From: a bacterium
GTDB taxonomy: Bacteria; Babelota; Babeliae; Babelales; JAUWHS01
NCBI GenBank assembly: GCA_043818275.1
Contig: JBDRFY010000064.1
Span: 1 to 54,463 of the forward strand
Direction: 5' to 3'
Length of the DNA stretch: 54,463 nucleotides
This document shows, piece by piece, positions 1 through 7,137 of this stretch. The position numbers and the translations under genes are program-made. Under the pieces are notes generated by a model, which was not told where the DNA came from, did no database searches, and worked only from the letters and a program-made list of their open reading frames with translations. Each line of letters opens with the position of its first letter. Position 1 is the stretch's first letter.

Positions 1-365
1 ATATATAATAATTATAATAATGGTAATAGGTGATGTGGATATGTGGATAACTCACGTTTTTTTTGCTGCGAGCCATCATCTGGTCGAGTTATCACTTTTT
101 TAAAACTATGTGGATAACTATGTGGATAACTTGTGGATAACTTTTTAAGTTTTATGTTTTCATTGATCTGTTCGGTGTATTGCTGAATGTGGATAACTTT
201 TGACGGGTGAAAAGCTTTAAAAACCGATATATTTTTTTTTCCAGGGTGAATTTCGGAGTACATTTTTGACTTATCCACAAGTTATCCACAAGTTATCCAC
301 AAAATAAATGTTGATAACCTTTTGTGACAGATTTTTTCTATTTGAAATGTCTGTTCTGTGGATAT
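1..365. other. oriC: Replication origin oriC (DnaA-box cluster plus AT-rich unwinding element)
   Basis: Perfect TGTGGATAA at 42-50, 109-117, 121-129, 132-140, 188-196; perfect TTATCCACA at 271-279, 282-290, 293-301; one-mismatch boxes at 34-42, 309-317, 357-365; AT-rich trinucleotide tract at 1-30. Confidence 0.92.
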
Positions 366-376
366 CTTTTTTTTGG

Positions 377-1057
377 TTAATTTTCAGATAATTTTGAAAT
401 GATTTTTTTCATATCTTCCCAAACGTCCATTTTGGCTTTGGGGTTTCTTAAGAGATAGGCAGGGTGAAAGGTTGGCATGACTAAAATATTATTGAATTCA
501 AAAAAATTTCCCCGTGCTTGAGAGATTCTGATTTGTGGTCCAAGGATTGCTGTTGTGGCACTTGCGCCAAGCATGCAAATTATTTTTGGTTTTATAATTT
601 CTATTTCTTTTAATAGTAATAAGTTTTTACAAATTTCACTTTCATCTGGAAGTGGGGCGCGATTGTTTGGTGGTCGGCATTTTACAACATTTGAAATAAA
701 AACATCTTCCCGCTTTAATCCCATTGCTTCAATAATTTTTGTTAGCAGTTTTCCGGATTTTCCAACAAATGGAGCACCTTGTAAATCTTCATCTCTTCCT
801 GGGCCTTCACCAACAAACATTAATTTGGTATTCGGATTTCCTTTTCCAAAAACAACCTGAGTTCTCCCCTGATTGCAAAGCGGGCAGTTTTTGCAATTTT
901 TGTATTTTGAATAAAGCGTTTCGACTAATTGTTGTTTCGTTTTTTTATTTTCTTTTTTTTGCATAGAGTTTTTATAAACAAAACCTTTCGGTTGTTTTTT
1001 TAAAAAATTTAAATAATTGATAATATCTCTTTGTGTAATTTCTTTTTTTTGCTTCAT
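377..1057 (-). CDS. udg: Uracil-DNA glycosylase, family 4 (Fe-S)
   Basis: CxxCPL, VGEGPG, GAPFVGKSG, NVVKCRPP.NR.P and TFHPAYLLR motifs. Confidence 0.93.
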   Translation of the reverse strand: MKQKKEITQRDIINYLNFLKKQPKGFVYKNSMQKKENKKTKQQLVETLYSKYKNCKNCPLCNQGRTQVVFGKGNPNTKLMFVGEGPGRDEDLQGAPFVGKSGKLLTKIIEAMGLKREDVFISNVVKCRPPNNRAPLPDESEICKNLLLLKEIEIIKPKIICMLGASATTAILGPQIRISQARGNFFEFNNILVMPTFHPAYLLRNPKAKMDVWEDMKKIISKLSEN

Positions 1058-1072
1058 GCGTAAAAGTTTAAT

Positions 1073-2266
1073 TTATGTTTTTCTTTTTGCATAGGTTGTG
1101 TTTTTGTTAAATGCCGAGAAATTTAACCATGCCAGAGCGAGCGTTAAGCCAAAACTTAACTGAAAATCCAAAAAAAATAACTGAATTGGATTGAATAATA
1201 AAATTGTTAAACAAACAAGAGACAGTAAGTGTAAAAAATTTGTTTGTAGGTTTAAAAGTTGACCTGTTTGTATGAATAAAAACAAGTAGAATGCGCGATA
1301 ATATGAAATTGATGGCCAGCTGAACATATGATAAATGAAACTTATTAAAATTAAAAAAAGTATTTTATAAAAAATTGTTATAGGGATAAATCGTAATAAA
1401 AAAGTCCAGAGAAGAATGAAAATAACAATGTGTAATCCTGAGCGCGCAAGGTAATGAATTATACCCCAATTATTAAATTTAATTTTAAGGTCCGTCATAT
1501 TTTTATTATTTTTGTTACCTAAAAAAATTGAGGAAAAATATGAAAAGGTGAGTGGGGTGAGTTTTTGTTTTAACGTCTTGTATAAATTTATTCTTTTTGA
1601 GTTAACCCATTTTTTTAATGAAAATGAAGGGGAATTCAAAACTTCAATTATTATTTCTTTGTTTAGAAAAATTGTTGTTAGATAATTTTCTTTTAACAAA
1701 TAATCATAAAATGTTGGCCTGCCGGAATTATTATCTTTATCTTTTTGTTGTTTAATTTTGATATTTTTTAATGATATTAAATCGTCAACTTTAAAAATTG
1801 GCTTTTGCTTGGAATAACAAAGTAGGTTGTAGCCATTTGTTGATTTAAGATTAATAACATATTTAAAAAATTTGTTTTCCTGAAATTCAATTGATTTTAC
1901 TTTTGTCTCAATTTCCAAATTTTGATTTTTTAAATTTTGCAAAATTTTTATATTTGATTCTTTTTGTTGCTGGTACAAAAATGCTCCTGAAAATAAAAAA
2001 AATAACAAAATCAGTGGAGTTATTTTTATTTTTTTACAACCCTCAATCATTACGCTCAGGTTTTTTCGTGAATTTGCTGTAAAACTAAGGAAAAAAGGGG
2101 GGTGTAAATTTTGCCATATTGAGTGTAGTAGTGTAAATAATATTAAAGTTATAGTTGCAAGCAATGTGAGTAAATTAATTTGATATAAACTTTGCCAGAA
2201 TATACCCAAAATAAAACAGAGCAGTGGAATTAAAAATGGAAAAAAATTATTTATTTTGTTGATCAT
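1073..2266 (-). CDS. comEC: ComEC/Rec2-family competence membrane protein (short form, no beta-lactamase-like domain)
   Basis: Multiple TM segments; GIIHYLARSGLHI (cf. HLLAISGLH), S..RA and NP..L...FQLSF motifs. Confidence 0.82.
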   Translation of the reverse strand: MINKINNFFPFLIPLLCFILGIFWQSLYQINLLTLLATITLILFTLLHSIWQNLHPPFFLSFTANSRKNLSVMIEGCKKIKITPLILLFFLFSGAFLYQQQKESNIKILQNLKNQNLEIETKVKSIEFQENKFFKYVINLKSTNGYNLLCYSKQKPIFKVDDLISLKNIKIKQQKDKDNNSGRPTFYDYLLKENYLTTIFLNKEIIIEVLNSPSFSLKKWVNSKRINLYKTLKQKLTPLTFSYFSSIFLGNKNNKNMTDLKIKFNNWGIIHYLARSGLHIVIFILLWTFLLRFIPITIFYKILFLILISFIYHMFSWPSISYYRAFYLFLFIQTGQLLNLQTNFLHLLSLVCLTILLFNPIQLFFLDFQLSFGLTLALAWLNFSAFNKNTTYAKRKT

Positions 2267-2603
2267 TAATTATTGATGTGATCGCGCCTTTTAGAATTTC
2301 GATTTTATTACCATCAAAAAGTTCCAGAATAAACGAATTATCTTCAATTCTCCAAATTGTTCCAATAATTCCGGCTGTTGTTATAACCTTGTCTCCAACA
2401 TGTAAAGTTTCAATCATTTTTGCCAAAGCATTACGTCTTTGCGTTTGAGGGCGAATTATGAAAAAATAAAAAACAACCCCAATTAAAATAAAAGGTAGAA
2501 GTTGCGCAATAAATCCTATTGTTCTTGATGGGATAAAACCGTTTTCTGCTGCATTAAGATTTAGCGAAATTAACGAAAGAAAAGAAATAATTAAGTATTT
2601 CAT
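2247..2603 (-). CDS. yajC: Preprotein translocase subunit YajC
   Basis: FYFFIIRPQ and L..GDKVIT.AGI.G motifs. Confidence 0.93.
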   Translation of the reverse strand: MKYLIISFLSLISLNLNAAENGFIPSRTIGFIAQLLPFILIGVVFYFFIIRPQTQRRNALAKMIETLHVGDKVITTAGIIGTIWRIEDNSFILELFDGNKIEILKGAITSIINDQQNK

Positions 2604-2701
2604 GGTTTGTCTCTTTATTTTTTGATAAATCTAATAATATATTTTTCCAACGCCAAAAGTTTACATGAAAAAGTAAAAATTAAAAATTAAAGGAAATAAA
2701 A

Positions 2702-3952
2702 ATGAAAATTAAAAAAATTTTTGCACGACAAATCCTGGATTCGCGCGGTTGGCCGACAATTGAATGTGAAGTTGAACTGGAAAATAATCAAAAAGTAAAA
2801 GCTTCAGTTCCTTCCGGAGCGTCAGTTGGAAAATTTGAATGTCTGGAATTAAGAGATAATGACCCTGATTTTTATTTAGGCAGAGGTGTGTTGAAAGCAG
2901 TTGCAAATATCAATAAAAAAATTGCGCCAAAATTAATTGATAAAATTCCGGATGTTTTAGAGATAGATAAAATTTTATTAGAGTTTGATGGCACTGAAAA
3001 TAAATCAAATTTAGGTGGCAATGCAATTTTGGCTGTCAGTATGGCAATTACTCGGGCACAGGCAAAATCTTCAAATTTAGAGCTGTTCTCATTAATAAAA
3101 AAAATGTACAAAACAGAATCAATTAAAATTCCAAAAGTTATGTTTAATATTTTAAACGGTGGCGTGCATGCAAATAATGGAATTTGTTTTCAGGAATTTA
3201 TGATCATGCCATTAAAAAATAGTTTTAGTGAAAATTTACAAATAGCTGTTGTTGTCTATCAAAATTTAAAAAAACTTTTACAAAAATCTGGATATGCAAC
3301 AACTGTTGGTGATGAGGGTGGTTTTGCTCCAAAGTTTGAAACTAAAAATGAAACACCTGAAAAAATTGCACTTGATTATTTAATGGAGGCAATAAATATT
3401 TCAAAATTTGAGCCAGGAAAAGATGTTGCAATTTGTCTTGATGTTGCAGCTACACAATTTTATGATGAAAAAAATAATGTTTATAAATTTTATAATAAAA
3501 AACTGGATAGTAATGAACTTGTTGGATTTTATAAAACTTTGTTAAAAGATTATCCAATTGTTTCAATTGAAGATGGGCTTCAGCAAGATGACTGGACAGG
3601 TTGGCAATTTATGACAAAAGAATTTGGCGATAAAATTCAACTTGTTGGAGATGATATTTTTGTTACAAATACAGCACGCATTAAAAAGGGAATAGATTTA
3701 AATGCTGCAAATTCAGTTTTAATAAAACCAAATCAAATAGGAACGGTTACTGAAACTTTGCAGGCAATAAAGGTTGCGCAAGAAGCAGGGTATAAAATAG
3801 TTGCTTCACATAGATCAGGAGAAACGAATGATTCATTTATTTCAGATTTATCAGTTGGTATGAATTCAGAATATTTGAAAGCTGGCGCGCCTGCGAGAGG
3901 AGAGCGGGTTGCCAAATATAATAAATTATTAGAAATAGAACTTAACTCTTAA
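2702..3952 (+). CDS. eno: Enolase
   Basis: ILDSRG.PT, VPSGAS, VGDEGGFAP, LIKPNQIG and SHRSGET motifs. Confidence 0.97.
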   Translation: MKIKKIFARQILDSRGWPTIECEVELENNQKVKASVPSGASVGKFECLELRDNDPDFYLGRGVLKAVANINKKIAPKLIDKIPDVLEIDKILLEFDGTENKSNLGGNAILAVSMAITRAQAKSSNLELFSLIKKMYKTESIKIPKVMFNILNGGVHANNGICFQEFMIMPLKNSFSENLQIAVVVYQNLKKLLQKSGYATTVGDEGGFAPKFETKNETPEKIALDYLMEAINISKFEPGKDVAICLDVAATQFYDEKNNVYKFYNKKLDSNELVGFYKTLLKDYPIVSIEDGLQQDDWTGWQFMTKEFGDKIQLVGDDIFVTNTARIKKGIDLNAANSVLIKPNQIGTVTETLQAIKVAQEAGYKIVASHRSGETNDSFISDLSVGMNSEYLKAGAPARGERVAKYNKLLEIELNS

Positions 3953-3988
3953 TCACGGCGCATGGATGTAAATGCGCAACTTTTTTTG
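3948..3988 (-). repeat. 41-bp direct repeat of the rtcB 3' end (second copy at 4711-4751), flanking hicAB
   Basis: 35/41 identical by manual alignment; minus strand reads KKVAHLHPCAVIKS* versus KKVARLRPCAVIKG* at the rtcB C-terminus. Confidence 0.88.
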
Positions 3989-4023
3989 AAAAAAAGATAT
4001 AATTTTGTGCTTTGAATTAAGCG

Positions 4024-4043
4024 TGATATCATGTTGATATCAT
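4024..4043 (+). promoter_or_regulatory. Putative HicB operator overlapping extended -10 elements
   Basis: Two palindromic TGATATCA (4024-4031, 4035-4042), each overlapping TG-A-TATCAT, about 40 bp upstream of hicA. Confidence 0.6.
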
Positions 4044-4080
4044 TATTAAAAATTAATAAGTATTTTTATGAAAGAAAAAC

Positions 4081-4320
4081 ATGGGTGGGGCCGAGAAATT
4101 AATTCAAAAAATTTTTGCCCGGAGGCAAGTATCTTATAAAGAGGCTGAAAAAATTTTATTTGAATTAGGTTATCAACTAAAAATAAATGGTTCACACCAT
4201 GTTTTTAGAAAATTCGGATGTAGGCATGTAACGCTTAAACGAAGACCATATTTGTTATTGTATCAAATAATTGATTTGCAAGAAGCTTTAAGGGAAAATG
4301 GATATGAAGAAAAAATATAA
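4081..4320 (+). CDS. hicA: HicA-family mRNase toxin
   Basis: 79 aa, basic, L..LGY....GSHH.F motif, upstream of and overlapping hicB. Confidence 0.88.
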   Translation: MGGAEKLIQKIFARRQVSYKEAEKILFELGYQLKINGSHHVFRKFGCRHVTLKRRPYLLLYQIIDLQEALRENGYEEKI

Positions 4321-4699
4321 AAATTTAGATTATTATCTAGATTTGCCGTGGACTTATACCGTTGAAGCATCAACAGATGAAAATAAGGATAAAATATATA
4401 TTGTGCGCGTAAATGAATTACCTGGTATATGTACAGATGCTCAATCACTTGATGAAGCTATGGAATTAATTAAAGAACCAATGAAAATTGCATTTGAATT
4501 TTATATGGAAAATAATGAGGATATTCTTGAGCCTATAAAAAAAGAAGATTTTAAAGGAAATATCTCTTATCGGACAACCAGTCGCAGGCATTATCTTATA
4601 AGTAAAGCGGCTCAAAAAAAAGAATTATCGCTTAGCCAATTTATTGATAGTATTGTTGATACCGTACTCTTAAATAAATATCGCGATCCACATAAATAG
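4298..4699 (+). CDS. hicB: HicB-family antitoxin (C-terminal RHH-like domain)
   Basis: YYLDLPW, ELPGICT.A.SLDEA and F.G.I..R......H..I...A......SL.QFI motifs; start could be 4304. Confidence 0.88.
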   Translation: MDMKKKYKNLDYYLDLPWTYTVEASTDENKDKIYIVRVNELPGICTDAQSLDEAMELIKEPMKIAFEFYMENNEDILEPIKKEDFKGNISYRTTSRRHYLISKAAQKKELSLSQFIDSIVDTVLLNKYRDPHK

Positions 4700-4704
4700 A
4701 TTTT

Positions 4705-6147
4705 CTATCCCTTAATTACAGCGCATGGACGTAAGCGCGCAACCTTTTTTGCAATTTTAGCAGCTGAGACAACCTCAATAACTTCATCAATATCTTTGTA
4801 TGCAAGTGGAGCTTCTTCGGCTAAACCCGGAATTGAACCTGCTTCAATAACTATTCCTTTTTCAAAAAGTTGTTTTTTTAATTCTGCACCCTGAATTGAT
4901 TGTTTTGCGGCACGGCGTGACATTTTTCTTCCGGCGCCATGACAAGTTGAACCCAAAGAAATTTTCATACCTTCATTTGTTCCAGCTAAAACATAAGAAG
5001 CTGTTCCCATACTTCCTGGAATTAAAACCGGTTGACCAACAGATTGATAATCGGCAGGAATCTCCGGATTATTCGGACCGAATGCGCGGGTAGCACCTTT
5101 TCTATGAACAATTACTCTCTGTTGTTTGCCGTTAATTTCATGTGTTTCAATTTTTGCGATGTTATGAGCGACATCATAAAGTAAATCCAGTTTTCCTTCT
5201 TCTCCGAAAAAGTGTTTCCAGTCTTGTCGAATCAGATGTGAAATCATTTGTCTGTTTGACCATGCAAAATTAGTTGCAGCTGCCATAGCATCAAAATAAT
5301 CATTTCCTTCAGGTGATGATAATGGAACGCATGCAAGTTCTCTATCAGGCAAAGTGATACCATATTTTGGCATAACTTCCATCATGATTCGAATATAATC
5401 TGTTGCTACCTGGTGTCCCAACCCACGTGAACCAGTATGAATTAAAATTGTTATCTGATTTTTAAATAACCCAAAAATTTTTGCTGCTTGTTCATCAAAA
5501 ATTTCTTCAACAAAACCAACTTCGACAAAATGATTTCCAGCACCAAGTGTTCCAAGCTGATCGATTCCTCTTTTTTTTGCTCTATCAGAAACTTTAGATG
5601 GATTTGCGTTTGTAAGAATTCCATTTGATTCAATATGTTTAATGTCTTGCTCTGTTGCGTAATTATTTTTCAACATCCATTGTAAGCCATTTTTTAAAAC
5701 ATCATCTAATTCCTGTGTTGTTAATTTTATTTTTCCTCCACGGCCAACACCGGAAGGAATCGCGCGTGACAGTGAATGTGCAATTTTTTCAAAATATTTG
5801 GATATTTCATTTATATTTAAATTTGATTTTAAAAGTCTGACTCCACAATTAATATCATAACCAATTCCGCCAGGCGAAATTGCGCCGTTAGGATATGAAG
5901 TGGCAGCAACTCCTCCAATTGGAAAACCGTAACCTTCATGAACATCCGGCATACAAAATGCATATCCCTTTATTTCGGGTAACGTTGTTACATTTACAAG
6001 CTGTTCAAGCGATCTGTCTTTTAAAATATCAATAAGCATTTTTTCTGTCGCAAAAATTCTTGCTGGTACTTTCATATCGGAACGAAAATTTTTTGGTATT
6101 TCCCAAATAACAGGTGAAATTTTAATTAAATTTTCTTTAGTAATCAT
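4705..6147 (-). CDS. rtcB: RtcB RNA ligase (long archaeal/eukaryotic-like form)
   Basis: MPDVHEGYGFPIGG, GYDINCG, GTLGAGNHF, HTGSRG, HRKGATRA, PGSMG, HGAGR and EEAP.AYK motifs. Confidence 0.97.
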   Translation of the reverse strand: MITKENLIKISPVIWEIPKNFRSDMKVPARIFATEKMLIDILKDRSLEQLVNVTTLPEIKGYAFCMPDVHEGYGFPIGGVAATSYPNGAISPGGIGYDINCGVRLLKSNLNINEISKYFEKIAHSLSRAIPSGVGRGGKIKLTTQELDDVLKNGLQWMLKNNYATEQDIKHIESNGILTNANPSKVSDRAKKRGIDQLGTLGAGNHFVEVGFVEEIFDEQAAKIFGLFKNQITILIHTGSRGLGHQVATDYIRIMMEVMPKYGITLPDRELACVPLSSPEGNDYFDAMAAATNFAWSNRQMISHLIRQDWKHFFGEEGKLDLLYDVAHNIAKIETHEINGKQQRVIVHRKGATRAFGPNNPEIPADYQSVGQPVLIPGSMGTASYVLAGTNEGMKISLGSTCHGAGRKMSRRAAKQSIQGAELKKQLFEKGIVIEAGSIPGLAEEAPLAYKDIDEVIEVVSAAKIAKKVARLRPCAVIKG

Positions 6148-6159
6148 TTTTTCCCTTTG

Positions 6160-6197
6160 ATTCGGCGAAGTGGCGTTATTCGTGGTACGAAGACGGA
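6160..6197. repeat. Short imperfect palindromic REP-like element (CGAAG...CGAAG type)
   Basis: TTCGGCGAAGT-N-TACGAAGACGGA, similar to TCCTGCGAAGTTTTAACGAAGCAGG at about 53701-53725. Confidence 0.4.
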
Positions 6198-6608
6198 CTA
6201 AATATCAAAAACAATTATTGTTTCAAAATTTCCTTTGGATGTTTTTTTGATTTCCGCTTCGTGAAATGTTACAGCTTTTATGTCTTCATCGAAATGATCT
6301 ACTTTGGTTCCAAAAACGGTGCAATTAATTTTTGCGTCAGTTAATTCTTCAATATTTATTTTGCAAAAAACTATTTTTTCAGAATGAGTAATACCTAAAA
6401 CTTCGGATAAAAAATCAACGAGAAGGGCAGTAGCGTCAATGGATGTTAAATTTATTTCTTTTTGTTCAAAGCATTCTTTTTGACAGATATCTTTTTTGGT
6501 AATCTCTGCCATTCCAAATAGTGATACTTCGAATAATTCCTGTAACGTTGATGCTTCAACCTTTAATCTTACGTCTGCTGTGTGTTCTATTAATTCATAA
6601 TTTTTCAT
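6198..6608 (-). CDS. Archease (RtcB activator)
   Basis: EHTAD, LLVDFLSE, IKAVTFHE and C-terminal FDI; directly upstream of rtcB. Confidence 0.94.
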   Translation of the reverse strand: MKNYELIEHTADVRLKVEASTLQELFEVSLFGMAEITKKDICQKECFEQKEINLTSIDATALLVDFLSEVLGITHSEKIVFCKINIEELTDAKINCTVFGTKVDHFDEDIKAVTFHEAEIKKTSKGNFETIIVFDI

Positions 6609-6609
6609 A

Positions 6610-7134
6610 TTAATCCTCTTTTAAAACAAATCGATATAATTTTTTGGACCAAATTGGTCCGGCGTAATTAACACCAATTCTTGGAGTTTTAATAATATTT
6701 TTTTTAAATATCTTTTCATTACTGTCTTCAAACCAAAGTTCAGTATCAATAGATGCCAATTTTGAATTAAAAGTTTTATCAATTAATAGATTTTTTGTAA
6801 GTTTTCCCGGTCCGTTAAATTTACCTGCCCCCCGAATTAATATTGCGCAAGGATAATCTTTTGGTCCAGTGACTATGTTGAGCATCCAGTACATTCCATA
6901 AATCATATAAACATAAAAATAACCCGGCGGGCCAAACATAATTTTTGTGCGTTCCGTTTTCCCTTTGCTTGCATGACATGCTAAATCATTTGGACCATCG
7001 TATGCTTCAACTTCATTTATTTTTAAACTTATTATTTGATTATTTATTTTTCTGACTAAATATTTACCTAAAAGTTCTTGAGCGACAAATATTGTTGGTT
7101 GGTTAAAAAAATCTGGTGTTAATATTTTTTGCAT
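6610..7134 (-). CDS. mpg: DNA-3-methyladenine glycosylase (AAG/MPG family)
   Basis: VA.ELLGK.L, E.EAY.G..D.ACH, YVY.IYGM, NGPGKLT and TPRIG motifs. Confidence 0.93.
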   Translation of the reverse strand: MQKILTPDFFNQPTIFVAQELLGKYLVRKINNQIISLKINEVEAYDGPNDLACHASKGKTERTKIMFGPPGYFYVYMIYGMYWMLNIVTGPKDYPCAILIRGAGKFNGPGKLTKNLLIDKTFNSKLASIDTELWFEDSNEKIFKKNIIKTPRIGVNYAGPIWSKKLYRFVLKED

Positions 7135-7137
7135 TTT

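Noticed and set aside
12..278. 88-aa minus-strand ORF
   Set aside because: It is a translation of the DnaA-box array (SYPHSYPH) and lies within oriC
109..301. Short tandem repeats as a CRISPR array
   Set aside because: They are 9-mer DnaA boxes at 11-12 bp pitch with no spacers, and no cas genes are present
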